In this document: one piece after another, positions 37,443 through 50,692 of the stretch
How positions within the stretch are numbered: the first letter of the stretch is position 1
How the letters are laid out: the number at the start of each line of letters is the position of its first letter
NCBI GenBank assembly: GCA_951406725.2
Contig: OX597821.1
Span: 34,286,001 to 34,350,000, forward strand
Reading direction: 5' to 3'
DNA from: Octopus vulgaris
Taxonomy: Eukaryota
DNA length: 64,000 bases
Made by a program: the position numbers and the translations under genes
Notes under the pieces: model-generated
The model's database searches: none
Seen by the model: the letters and a program-made list of their open reading frames with translations, nothing else
Told to the model about the DNA's origin: nothing

Positions 37443-37637
37443 AGGCAGCAAGCTGGCAGAATCATTAGTATGACAGGCGAAATGCTATGTTCTGAGTTCA
37501 AATACTGCTGAGGTCGACTTTACCTTTTTGTCCTTTCAGGGTTGATAAATTAAGTACCAATGAAACATTGTGGTTGGTGGGATCAACCATGCCCTTCCCA
37601 TTCAAATTCCAGGCCTTGTACTTATAGTAGAAAGTAT
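37443..37637 (+). mobile_element. SINE family B
   Basis: Family B motifs. Confidence 0.75.
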
Positions 37638-37679
37638 CATTATTGCCATTGTTGTTATTGCTGTTTCTGCTGCTGCTGC

Positions 37680-37725
<46 letters not shown>

Positions 37726-37732
37726 GGTGGTG

Positions 37733-37764
<32 letters not shown>

Positions 37765-38002
37765 GGTGGTGGTGGTGGTGGTGGTGGTGGTGATGTTCTT
37801 ATTGTTTTGCTACTGTTGTTGTTGTTGTTGTTGCAGGTGTTGTTAGTAGCTACTGATTCCAATTATTCCTATTACATTATTGCTGTTTCTGTTTAACCCC
37901 AGGTCAATACTGAACCCAGCAGACCCATGAACAAAAGCATTCCTGCCATTACCACCATATCTTTTAGTGTATGTATATATTTATATATATATACGTTTAA
38001 AT

Positions 38003-38157
38003 ATTTGTTGAGCAAGAATTTTTATGTGAAGTCGTGTGTTGAAACAGATATTGTTATATTTCGAATGGTCATATTGCCAGTTTAGCCAATAAAAACACAC
38101 GCACTATAATAGTGCGTGTGTTTTTATTGGCTAAACTGGCAATATGACCATTCCGAA

Positions 38158-38162
<5 letters not shown>
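38003..38162. mobile_element. (TA)n-flanked fold-back, ~53 bp arms
   Basis: Centre GCACTAT-A-ATAGTGC at ~38108. Confidence 0.65.
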
Positions 38163-38207
<45 letters not shown>

Positions 38208-38210
<3 letters not shown>

Positions 38211-38540
38211 CAAAATAAGAAAATGGAGAAATACATCTTAATCAATAATCAACTACCAGATAATACCCAATCACATAATTTATTAAACCAAATAAATTAT
38301 GTGATTGGGTATTATCTGGTAGTTGATTATTGATTAAGATGTATTTCTCCATTTTCTTATTTTGTATTATTAATTTGTGGTAAAACATTTTACCTTCGCT
38401 CATATAATACAATAAATGAATTAATTGCATCACAATTCTTAACATTTATGTATTAACTTTGCTGGCTGCTTTACTGGCAGTATATTGGATATATGTTATC
38501 CCATGGTGGGTTGCACTCACAACCCCTATCTCAATTTGTA
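38208..38540. mobile_element. (TA)n-flanked asymmetric fold-back, 77 bp arms
   Basis: 38208-38284 pairs with 38291-38367, loop AAACCA; unpaired end runs to the next (TA)n. Confidence 0.7.
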
Positions 38541-38582
38541 TATATATATATGTATATATATATATATACACACATGTATATA

Positions 38583-38806
38583 TCACATGATCATGTGACT
38601 GATCAGACTATCAGATGTTACTACACATCGCTGGTCACAATGCACTTCGCATTGTTTTAACCCTCAAATGATGCCACCCCGCTAGCTAAGCAAGCAGGCC
38701 AACAGAAGAAAGAGTGAGAGAAAGTTGTGGCAAAAGAGTACAGCAGGGATCGCCACCACCCCTGACCTGCCGGAGCCTCATAGAGCTTGAGATGTTTTTG
38801 CTCAAT
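38583..38806 (-). mobile_element. SINE family D 3' part
   Basis: Reverse complement of family D. Confidence 0.85.
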
Positions 38807-39012
38807 ATATATATATAAACTACATGTCAGGCTGCTCTCTCACAGTGGGTAACATGTAACCCAGTACAACCTGTAGCAGGGTCAGGTCATTAGTGACTAA
38901 AGTAACAACCTCCACTAAGCTTTCTTTGTGAGGAGGGTGATTTTGGGACATCCCATGGGTTGAAAGACAAGACCTATCAAAGGGCAAAGGAACTCAGAAG
39001 AGTCAACAGACA

Positions 39013-39376
39013 TCTCTCTATATATAAACGGCAAAATGTCTGCATGTGTGTCCTTTATACAAATCCACAATTTTTTCAAGTAGAGGGCTCGCACTTTCTA
39101 TGGTCATTCAAACCGTCCAAGGGTGGTCATGCACATCTTTACATTTCCCCAGTCACCCAGCAAAACAATTAAAAAATCAATAGAAGTGACTTTTTTGTGA
39201 ATTTTCTATCCAAAACCCAATCAAAATGCCCGAAACTTGATATGCCAATTGAATGACAGCTAGCTGTATGTGATTGGTCGGAGATTTGGACAGTACTCGC
39301 GTGTATGTGCGCACGCACGCAGCTGTATATGCATGCACTAGCACTATGACCCGGCAATGCCAGGTCATAGTGCTAG
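39013..39376 (+). mobile_element. Non-autonomous Helitron (364 bp)
   Basis: A|TCTCTCTATATATAAA ... 3' hairpin ... CTAG|T, no TSD. Confidence 0.8.
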
Positions 39377-39399
39377 TCCATTATAATCAAGAGTAGTTT

Positions 39400-39611
39400 A
39401 TTTCATTGGGTACTTGCAGTATAGAGTGTGTTTTGCGTTTGTGGTTTTGGTTATGTTGTATTATTGAATTTATAGTGTCTGCATAGGATGTGGTCTGTTC
39501 CTAGCAGGGCTGTTTTTTGGATAGTCTGTAGTGTTGACGATCCTGGTATAGTTTTTATGTTTTTGTTAATATGTTTTTTTTATAATGCCCAATGCTCCAA
39601 TTATTACTGGC
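39400..39611 (-). mobile_element. R4/Dong-like (RLE-type) LINE 3' fragment
   Basis: PVIIGALGII and TIQKTALLGTDHILCR match the typical C-terminus of this clade. Confidence 0.7.
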
Positions 39612-39685
39612 ATTTTTATTATCCTTGTAATTACTATTACTATTACTCGTTATTGTTGTTGTCCTTGCAGTTCCTGTTCTTACCA

Positions 39686-39733
<48 letters not shown>

Positions 39734-39779
39734 CTATTATGTTGTCATTGTTATTTCTGTCTTTTGTTGTTATTAATTA

Positions 39780-40155
39780 CTGGCAGAATTGTTAACATGC
39801 TGGATAAAATGTTTAGTGGAATTTCATCCATCTTTCTGCTGAGGTCGATTTTGCCTTTCATCTTTTCGGGGTTGATGAAATAAATACCTATTGAGCTCTG
39901 GGGTCAATGTAATCGACTAGTTCCCTCCTCCAAAATTTCAGACCTTGTACCTATAGTAGGAAGGATTATTATTGTTGCTTTTAAGGTAAGTGAGTATGTA
40001 AAATTGTTAGCATGCCAAACAAAATGCTTAGTCTTTACATTTTGAGTTCAAATTCTGCTAAGGTCAACTTTGCCTTCCATCCTTTCAAGATCAATAAAAT
40101 AAGTAGCAGTTGAGCACTCACCCAAAATTTCAAGCCCAAATTAGAAAGGATTATT
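39780..40155 (+). mobile_element. Two diverged family B SINEs
   Basis: TTTGCCTTTCATC / TTTGCCTTCCATCC central motifs. Confidence 0.65.
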
Positions 40156-40414
40156 ATTGTTACTATAGCCATTGTTGTTGTTGTTGCTACTATTTTCATC
40201 TGAAATGTTCACCAAGTTATTGGTAAAAAATATCATTTCTTCTGTGATGTTGTGGCCTCCTTATTGGATGTAGCAGCACCCATGACATGCGTTTAATAGA
40301 ATCTCACCTTCAAGTTCAGTGAGAATCTGATTTCAAATCTTAATAAGATCAATTCTGACTTTTATCTTTCTGAGTTCAATAAAATAAAGTACCAGTGGCC
40401 AAGTATTTCTTCTG

Positions 40415-40738
40415 TAGCTTTTTCGAGTTACTTGGCAACCCCATTGTTGCTGGTGACGACACATAGAAGGCAACTGTGCCAGTGATGCGTTAAAGGCATT
40501 TGTGCTTGTGGTACATAAAAGGCACCCATGCTGTTGACACATAAAAGGAACCTGTGTTAGTGACACATAAAAAAGCACCTAGTACACTCTATAAAGTGGT
40601 TGGCATTAGGAAGGGCATCAAGCCATAGAAACCAAGCCAAAACTGGCAACTGAAGCCTGGTGCAGTTCTCCAGCTTACCAACTTGGGTCTAACCCATGCC
40701 AGCAAGGAAAATAGATGTTAAATGAATTTGACGATGAC
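40415..40738 (+). mobile_element. SINE-like family C, diverged
   Basis: GGTTGGCATTAGGAAGGGCATC. Confidence 0.7.
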
Positions 40739-42302
40739 CAGTCAAATACAGGGATCAATTTTAAGAGTAGTGATTCAGTAGATTCTGTGTTCAAATCCTG
40801 CCAAGTCATATTTATTTTTTTATTTGTCCAGAGTTAATAAAATTAAGTACTAGTCAAGTACTGGAGTTGATGATATTGACTAATCCCTTTCTGTTAAAGT
40901 TGCTAACCTTTTGCATTAACCCATTAGCACTTTTTTCAGGACCAGAAGGATAATCCATCATATTTCTGCCACACCTGTATTTTTTCTCAGATATTTTTAG
41001 CTAGTCATCAAAACTGCAGTGTCTTTCAAATATTGTAATAAATTTTTTTTTATATATTTAGTATCAGATAAAGTTGTATAAAAAAAGATTTTTGGTAATA
41101 AATTAAATAAAAAAAATTGAGTACTAATTGGTTAATCAGAAACCATCCAGGAAACACAAGTCATTTCAATCTTTAAAATCACATAAGGGAAATCTAGAAC
41201 TTTTGGTGAGAAAATAAAACTTCAAAAATTCATCTTACCGCAGATATTAAGAATTCAAAAACCTTCACCTGTCTTCTAAAGGAAGCAAGCAACATATGAT
41301 TCCTTTAAGTTGTGAGCGGGTAAAGAAACATACAGTAATATGGTAAGATTCAGGAAAGGTGACGTGGGCATTATAAGGAGTTTCTGAAGTGCCATCCTAT
41401 TGTTGATGAGTTTGTGCTCAATCTCAATGAACAATAGGTATATTCAATCACTTGATAATGTTCCCACCTGGGAGGAAATTAAGATTTTTGTGAGCCAAAT
41501 GATTAATAATAATGTTCTGTAATAATTGGATTAACTGCTGAAATTTTGTAGTAAGGAGATGTGAAATTGCTGGAATTTCTAGAGGCAGTTATTTATAATA
41601 CCAGGTTAAAACAACTCCTCCATAGGAATGGGGAGATACAGTTCTTTCTTCACTCTACAAGAATGAGAGACTTGGGATTTCAGAAAAGTCTCTCTTTTGT
41701 CCACTGTTGGAGTAACACTCACCCAAATTCATAAAATATATCCTACTAGAATCCCAGGGTGGTTCCAGCACAAAGCAAAGAACTGTAGATATGGTCTTTA
41801 ATAGCTGTCAATTTTGAGAAAAGTACAAAGAGGAAAACATGCAATGAATATCCAGAAGTGGTGGAGTAAACAGGTCAGTTTCCAATCTCATGGAAAAATT
41901 CCTCATCCCACAGATTAATTCCACACTCCAGAAACAGGTTTCGTAAAGGAGAACAAAAGGAACCCTAAGAAATTTGAAGAATTTTTAATTCTCTCCTTGG
42001 CTTAGTAGTTCAGTAAGCTATTTGACAAGTTAGTTATTTGACAAGCTGTTTGACAAGTTAGTGTCAATCTGGATTAAGAGGCCAGGATCAGTGTCAGTGT
42101 GAACCGTAATAGCTTAAGATAAATCAAAACACATGAAGCCATATAATCTAAGTCTTTCAAGTTTGTTATTAGTTCATTTACTATAATATTTCAAACCGAT
42201 TGACTTCACTTCTCTTCAAGTCTCCATTGTGACAAGACTTCTCTTCTGTTTTAAAGTTAGTCAATTATCTCATTGCATGACGATAATAAATGGTAAAAAT
42301 TT

Positions 42303-42681
42303 GGATCTTTTCGGTTTCATATGAAATTGTCACCCATAATTATGAACCTAGTATCGATCTGTTGCATTTCAATCTATTTTAGGGTTAGGGGTGGGGGGAA
42401 GAGCATCTTTTTTTTTTCACAAATGTAAATAAACCCAATCTGTTTCTTAAGGCATATTCATATGGCACAGAATGTTTTTTACCTCAATAGACGTCAGTGA
42501 TTGGTTGAAATTGCAGAAATTGAAGAAAAAAACAACAAATATCTTACAAACTATAGAATTTTCTCAATAACGCCAAGAGAAAAAGATGTTTTATAAACAC
42601 ATTCTACCAGTATACGAAGTTTAAAATTTTTTAGTTACCTAGAAATTACGTTAAAAACTGCCGTTCAAACCGAAAAGATCT
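42303..42681. mobile_element. TTAGGG-containing MITE, copy 2 (left-end deletion)
   Basis: Same family as 16452; flanks aaaaattt/aagaattt. Confidence 0.9.
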
Positions 42682-42738
42682 AAGAATTTTAAAAGTATTT
42701 ATGATCGTTCTGTTGACTGATGATTTGAACACATTATA

Positions 42739-42975
42739 CAGGGTTGGCCAAAAGTCACCTGACACTAAATAAAAAAATTCCATAATTACTTCATATTCAA
42801 TTTTATTTATTCATTCCAATTATGAATGTTTAATAATTGAATGCTATGAGTTAAAATCACCGATTCTTTTCAAAATTTGTCCATTTATTACCAAAGTCTC
42901 ATATAAATTTTTTTTTTTTAAATCTTGGAATTGAATGGTTTTGATTTACTGTCAAGTGACTTTTGGTCAACCCTG
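42739..42975. mobile_element. Tc1/mariner-type MITE
   Basis: TA|CAGGGTTGGCCAAAAGTCAC ... GTGACTTTTGGTCAACCCTG|TA; a solo end is also at ~23601-23620. Confidence 0.9.
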
Positions 42976-43220
42976 TATACTTAAATAAGAGAGTTATAGT
43001 CCAATTGTTAAGAATAGAATTAGACTAGATGAGACATAGTTTGATTTTGTGCCAAGGAGGGGTACTACAAATACCATCTTTCTAGTAAGCAACAGTAAGA
43101 GAAATGTCAAATTAAAAGTAAACCATTATAATTGGCGCTTATCAACCTGGAGAGAGCCTTCAACTGAGTACCTCGCTCTGTTATCTGGTGGTCTCTAAGG
43201 AACTTAGGAGTAGATGAACG

Positions 43221-43646
43221 GGATATTTTCGGTTTGAACAGCAGTTTTTTTCTAGCGGTGTCATATGAAATTGTCACCCATAATTATGACCCTAGTATCG
43301 ATCTATTACATTTCAATCTATTTTGGGGTTAGGGTTAGGGGGGGGGGGGGGAAGGGTATCTTTTTTTCTTCACAAATGTAAATAAACCCAATCTGTTTCT
43401 TAAACGAGGGACATATTCATACAGCACAGAATGTTTTTTTTACCTCAATAGATGCCAGTGATTGGTTGAAATTGCAGAAATTGAAGAAAAAAAAAAACAA
43501 CAAATATCTTACAAACTATAGAATTTTCTCAATAAAGCCAAGAGAAAAAGATGTTTTATAAACACATTCTACCAGTATACGAAGTTTAAAATTTTTTAGT
43601 TACCGAGAAATTATGTTAAAAACTGCCGTTCAAACCGAAAAGATCC
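43221..43646. mobile_element. TTAGGG-containing MITE, copy 3
   Basis: Same family; flanks gatgaacg/aatgaatg. Confidence 0.9.
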
Positions 43647-43859
43647 AATGAATGACTTGTTAGAGCCATACAAGCAATGTATAGGGGGAGCTATCAGTAG
43701 CATAAGTGTTAGTCATAAGTACAGTGATGAAATTTTGTGTACAAGAAGTCAAACCCGAATTTTTGTGTTCCCGAAGTCAAACCCAACATTATCATCTCTT
43801 TCCTATCCTCCATCCTGCTACCAACTCTATCGTTATATCTTACTGCTCCCCCTCCACAT

Positions 43860-44700
43860 AAGCACCACACACACACACACATATATACTCACATGCACAC
43901 ACATGTATGTACACATGTGCACACATACATACACAAACACATACACATGCACACACACACACTCACACACAAACACACATATACACACACAAGTGTAAGC
44001 ACACACACACATACATACACACATGCACACACATGTATGTACACATGTGAACACATACATACACAAACTCATGCACACATGCACACACACACTCACGCAC
44101 AAACACACACATACACACATATACACACACAAGTGTAAGCACACACACACACACATACATACACACATGCACACACATGTATGTACACATATGCACACAT
44201 ACATACACAAACACATACACATGCACACACACACACACACTCATGCACAAACACACACATATACACACACAAGTGTAAGCACCACACACACACATACATA
44301 CACACATGTATGTACACATATGCACACATACATACACAAATACATACACATGCACACACACATACACACACACATATACACACACAAGTGTAAGCACCAC
44401 ACACACATACATACATACACACATGCACACACATGTATGTACACATATGCACACATAAATACACAAATACATACACATGCACACACACACACACACACAC
44501 ACTCACACACACATATACACACACAAGTGTACGCACACAAGCACATATACCAGTATTCAGCACTAACTGCATTCCCCTCACACATGCACACATGTACATA
44601 CAAACACACACACATACACATGTAAGTGCAAACACACACATGCACACATGCATGCACACATACACACACACACACACAGCACATACACACATACCAGTGT
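43860..44700. repeat. CA-rich minisatellite, ~115-140 bp higher-order unit
   Basis: ACACAAGTGTA anchor recurs about five times. Confidence 0.9.
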
Positions 44701-45007
44701 TCAGTACTCACTGTATTCCCCCTACCCTTGCCATTTACCACCCACTTTCTTTTGACACCCTTGTGGACTCTTTACTCATTCACCTGTCAGGTACTCTCTA
44801 CAACTTGTATTCAACTCACCATACCTTGAAAACACACCCCAACACATCTTCACCACCATCATATTTCTGTCTCTGTCTGTCTGTCTGTCTCTGTTTCTCT
44901 GTCTGTCTCTGTCTGTCTGTTTGTCTCTGTCTCTCTCTCTCTTGCTCTCTCTCTCTCTCTTGCTTTCTCCCTCTCTCTCTTTTGCTCTCTCTCTCTTGCT
45001 CTCTCTC

Positions 45008-45071
<64 letters not shown>

Positions 45072-45744
45072 CTTCAACTGGGTAGCCATGTATCTCCTCT
45101 ACAGCAAGACACCTATCCATGACAAAAATTGCAGACTACAGTATACGCGTGATCATAAAACCACAAATTTCACAACTTACAAAGTAAACACAGTGGCGTC
45201 ACATGGCACAGTGCCTCATGAAGGTCACTGCTAGCTCTCACTGCACACACAACCATGCGCTACAGAACTAGTCCAAGAACCTTTTGATACTACCCCATAC
45301 ACAACCCATTGTACGAAAAACAAAATAGGAATTTTGAAGGAAACATCTATAAAGCTACTTTTTAAACATCAAATGGCTATGGGGATCCACTAGAATAAAA
45401 TACAATTAAAGGGGTCCACTGGCAAAAAAAATGCTTGAGAGCCATTGATCTAAATTATGCCAAGCAGCATGTTCTAAGTGTTAACAGAAACAAACAAAAT
45501 TAATTTTTGCTATGGTTTTTCTGTGAGCATTTTAAGCATAACTACATCCCATTAGATTGCTTTTTTCAAATTCAGCAATCCCTGGAGAACAAATAAGTCT
45601 TGGCATGATTCGCAAAATGAAATTTTTGTCAAGCTTGAAATGGCTTTTTTGCAAATGTTATTATGTTTTAGCACCTCTGCGACATTTTTTTGTTCATGAA
45701 ACCTGGACAAAAATCTTATGTATCCTTTGAGTTTATATGGATAT

Positions 45745-45965
45745 GGCAGAATCGTTAGTATGCTGGCGAAATGCGTAGCCGTATTTCGTCTGCTGTTATG
45801 TTCTGAGTTCAAATTCCGCCGAGGTCGACTTTGCCTTTCATCCTTTTGGGGTCGATAAGTTAAGAACCAATTATGCACTGGGGTCAACGTAATCGACTTA
45901 ATCCGTTTGTCTGTCCTTGTTTGTCCCCTCTGTGTTTAGCCCCTTGTGGGTAGTAAAGAAATAGG
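45745..45965 (+). mobile_element. SINE family B, young subfamily
   Basis: GAGTTCAAATTCCGCCGAGGTCGAC...AGCCCCTTGTGGGTAGTAAAGAAATA. Confidence 0.9.
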
Positions 45966-46256
45966 TATCTTTGTCTTTAACTTGTTTAGGTCATTGGACT
46001 GTGGCCATGCTGGGGCACTACCTTAAAGGGTTTAGTCAAACAAATTGACCTCAGTATTTGTTTTTTTAAGCTTGGTACTCATTTTGTCAGTCTCTTTTGC
46101 CAAAGTGCTAAGTTACAAGACATAAACAAACCAATACCAGTTGTCAGACAGTGATAGGGGACAAAGACATACACAAAGACACACGCATAAATACATATAC
46201 ATACATATGCACACACGCACACATACACATACACATTATTTAAACCTTACATACAA

Positions 46257-46287
<31 letters not shown>

Positions 46288-46289
46288 AA

Positions 46290-46484
46290 TAACGGGAAGG
46301 TTTACGAAAATAAGCAAAAGACGAAGGCAGGTGGAGTACAAACAAACAATGTATTAGTATGGCACTCAGGAATAGAAATAAAACAAGTCTTTTACGTTTC
46401 GAGCCTACGCTCTTCGACAGAAAGATACACAGAAAAGAAACAAGGCGAGAAAAAAATTGTGTGTAGGGGCTAACGATCCAACAT
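46290..46484 (-). mobile_element. PLE-like terminal repeat in (TA)n
   Basis: Carries the hammerhead fold at 46388-46425. Confidence 0.7.
46388..46425 (-). ncRNA. Minimal hammerhead fold, A6U variant
   Basis: Minus strand reads TCTTT CTGTCGA A GAGC-gtag-GCTC GAAA CG T A AAAGA. Confidence 0.6.
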
Positions 46485-46488
46485 ATAT

Positions 46489-46528
<40 letters not shown>

Positions 46529-46771
46529 ATATAGCAACTAAGAAAATGGAGAGGATATAAAATCGAGAGACATCAGTCCGTGAACAATCAAGTATGTCTA
46601 TTTATTCAAATGCATTGGATGAATACACACACACACACACACGTATGAGTGATACAGATTAGGGAGTGGAAAAAGCTGGTAACTGCATAGACAAAGGTGT
46701 GAATACATATAAGTATATAGAAACAAATGAGCAACTGAACAAAAATATAAATGGGTGTGCAGATACAAGTT

Positions 46772-46894
46772 CCTTACGGCTGTTTCTGCCAAGAGGCAAC
46801 AAAATCTTCCAGGTTATCTTCATCATTTCAATGTTATGCATGGATGAACAGACAAGGCTTGGATAATGGACGTGCTCCTAGGCTTCTTCGGAGG
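46772..46894 (-). ncRNA. Decayed hammerhead fold with a ~100 nt stem II domain
   Basis: Minus strand reads CCT CCGAAGA AGCCTAG...CTTGGCA GAAA C-agcc-G T A AGG. Confidence 0.45.
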
Positions 46895-46928
46895 GTCTAA
46901 GGTGTTGTGGGGGGACTAACACATATAA

Positions 46929-47172
46929 GGCGGCGAGCTGGCAGAAACGTTAGCTGGCAGAAACGTTAGCACGGGCGAAATGCGTAGCTGTATTTCGTCT
47001 GCCGCTACATTCTGAGTTCAAATTCCGCCGAGGTCGACTTTGCTTTTCATCCTTTCGGGGTCGATGAAATAAGTACCAGTTACGCACTGGGGTCGATGTA
47101 ATCGACTTAATTCGTTTGTCTGTCCTTGTTTGTCCCCTCTATGTTTAGCCCCTTGTGGGTAATAAAGGAACA
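46929..47172 (+). mobile_element. SINE family B, young subfamily (18 bp head duplication)
   Basis: AGCTGGCAGAAACGTT is present twice at the start. Confidence 0.9.
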
Positions 47173-47590
47173 TATATAAAAGTTAGTTAAGAATAGATAA
47201 GGTGTGACTTATCCTTTTAAATAGAGTAGAATAAGAGCAAAAACATGAATATAATTGAAGTACAGCAGAGTACAATAGTGTGGGCATAGCAAAGGGAAAT
47301 AAGGTACAGACTTACCATAAAGTTATACGGTTGAGTAAACTTGAATGTTTACTGGTTGATGTCTGTCGATTTTATGTCCTTTCAGTTTTCTTATTTGGCA
47401 TATAGGTCATGGGTAAATCACTTTTTTACCCCTGCCCAGATATAATATTCAATTGTGAGATTATCATGCAATAACTAGCACTTGACTATGAATAACTGGG
47501 TACACTACCAGCAGTATACTGGATAGGTACTATCCCTTAGTTGGTTTCTCAATCTCTAACTCACACAGAAATATATATATGTTTGTAGAT

Positions 47591-47985
<395 letters not shown>

Positions 47986-48514
47986 AACTATTGTTCTAAC
48001 GGCTGCCTTATCTTGTTACTTTCAAACTACAATTTTTTTTATTATAACAATACATTGATCAGCTGTTATATATCACTTTCAATAATAATAATTATCCCAC
48101 CGACTACCAAAATCAATACACTAAAAATGGTGGGGGAAAAATGTAGAAATAGACTTTTATACATCTGTAAATATAATTATTACTCTATTTGTTATCTCCT
48201 CTGTGCAACCATTCAATATTTATTCTCTATAAAACGTTGAATCCCTGACGTGATGTTCAATGCGATGGAGTAGGATATGAACCAGCTTCCGGCTTGAAAA
48301 TGCCACAGCACTGCAAATCATGAAATATAGTTTTCCCCTCTCCTTTTCTGATGAGCAATGAATTTCTTACAGAATTAATCTTTAATCCCTGTGCGAGTGG
48401 GATTTGTATTTGGTACCTAAAGCTGTGTAAGTAAATACCACAAGGTATTTTTTTTTCTTTATTTTATCCTGATGTTCTATAGATTCTACCAGACCACTTC
48501 TTCAGTTGTTAAAA

Positions 48515-49590
48515 AGATGATGATAATGATGATGATGCTGATCATGATGATGGTGATGATGATGGTGGTGGTGGTGGTGGTGGTGGTGGTGGTGATAATG
48601 ATGACAACAGCGATGATGCTGATGACGATGATAGCAGAGGTGGTTGTGATGATGATGATGATGATGGTGTACTGGAGAAGGAGGATTCTGCAGCTATTGA
48701 ACATCACTTGGGTGATAACAATGAAGGAGACAATGAAGAGAGAGGGTAAAGAGAGAGAGAGAGGATGGGAAGGAGAGGTGAGAGAGGAGGACGAGGAGGC
48801 GGACAAGGGGGAGAACAGGGGAGAAGATGATGAGGAGGACACAAGAAGGATGAAGAGGACGAGGGGAGAACAAGGGGAAATAGGAAGATGACAAGGAGGA
48901 GGACATTGAAGGGGAGGAGGATGATAAGGACAACGAGGGGGAGGAGGAAGAGGAGGACGAAGATGAAGGAGAGGGTGAGGAGGAGGAGAGGATGAGGATG
49001 CAGAGGATGGGGAGGATGAGGATGAGGAGGATAGGAGGAAGAAGAGGAGGATGAGGAGGAGAGGAGGGAGGATGAGGAGGAGAATAGGGAGGATGAGGAG
49101 GAAGAGGAGGGGAGGAGGACGAGAACGATGAGGAGAATAGTGAGGGGAGGAGGAGGAGGAAGAGGATGATGATGACAATAAGGATGATGATGAGAGGACG
49201 AAGAGAAGGGGGAGGACGCCGCCGAGGAGGGGAGGATGAGGAAGATGACGACGATGAGGAGGAGAAGGTGGAGAATGAGGACGAGGACAAGGAGGAGGAG
49301 GTGGAGAATGAGGACAAGGAGGCTTTTGGGGACGACAGGTGAGGGGGGAAAAGGACATTAATGAAAACACGGACAAGGGAGGAGGAAGAGGGAGAGAATG
49401 ACACTGGCTGATGAGGACGACGACAGTGATGATGATAATGATGATGGTGAGGAGGAGGAGGAGGAGGAAGAGGAAGAAGAAGAAGAAGAAGAAGAAGAAG
49501 AAGAAGAAGAAGAAGAAGAAGAAGAAGAAGAAGGCAAAAATGGTGATGATGATGATGCAGAGGAGTATGATGAAAATGATGCTGAAGAGT
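48515..49590. repeat. Purine-rich GAG/GAT/GAA low-complexity tract
   Basis: Direct reading; source of spurious ORFs. Confidence 0.9.
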
Positions 49591-50199
49591 GAAAAAAAAA
49601 TCACATTTAAAATCTTTCAAGACTTCACACAAACTTCAAAGATTAATTGTGTGTGGTGGGTTTTTTTTTCCCACCCCTCTGTGGAATTAAGGAATTTGAT
49701 TAACTTGTATTATTTTATTTATTTAAAGATTTTAGCAGTTCTGTTTTATTTATTTATTCGTTTATCTATTTTATATTTTAATTTTTAATAAATCAGCTAA
49801 TGAATGAAGTAGTTGATATCTCTGTATGAATGAATGTTTTATTACTCGGATTACTCGTTAATCAGTTAGTATCCAGCACTTACTCTGTCAACAACTCCCT
49901 TTATTTCTCTGCTTCACCCTCCATTATTTCTAACAGAGAAAGAAGAAAAAAAACACAAAAAAAAAAAAACAAAAAAAACAGAAAACAATAATATAAACAA
50001 AGTCTGGATAAATATTCATAGAAGCAGAACTTACGGCCATAAAACTCAAAAGACATAATGTAAAATTCTAGCTGTGTGAAGTACAGCAGTTTGTCTTCAT
50101 TTCCTTTTTATTTTTTTATTTTTACCTTTTTTTTTCCAAATAACATAAAAATTCAGTGAATAATTTTATTGTGCTGGACTTGCATAGTATAATGTTTTA

Positions 50200-50329
50200 T
50201 CACCACCACCACCACCACCACCACCACCACCACCACCACCACAACTATAATCATCATCATCATCAGCAGCAGCATTATCATCACCACACCACCACTACTG
50301 CCGCCACCACCACCACCACCACCACCACT

Positions 50330-50363
<34 letters not shown>

Positions 50364-50485
50364 CCACACCACCGCTACCGCCGCCACCACCACCATCATC
50401 ATCATCAACATCATCATCATCATAATAATCATCATCATCAACATCATCATCATCATCAACATCATCATCATCATCAACGTCGTCG

Positions 50486-50518
<33 letters not shown>

Positions 50519-50525
50519 ACATCAT

Positions 50526-50566
<41 letters not shown>

Positions 50567-50692
50567 TCACCACCACTGTCAGTGCCACCACCACTGCTGA
50601 CACCACTACCACCACCAACACCAACACCTCCATCTTCATCATCATGGCCGTCGTCTTTGTTGTTGTTATTGTTGTTGTTATCATTATCATTA
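50200..50692. repeat. (CAC)/(CAT)/(CAG) compound tract
   Basis: Direct reading. Confidence 0.95.

Noticed and set aside
44700-44840. Faint resemblance to a PLE linker peptide (PPTLA...LVDSLL...GT); similar impression at 2725-2870
   Set aside because: Too degenerate to support without a profile search.
48472-49788. Acidic or Ser/Pro-rich long ORFs
   Set aside because: Low-complexity purine tract with stops on the plus strand and no splice evidence.
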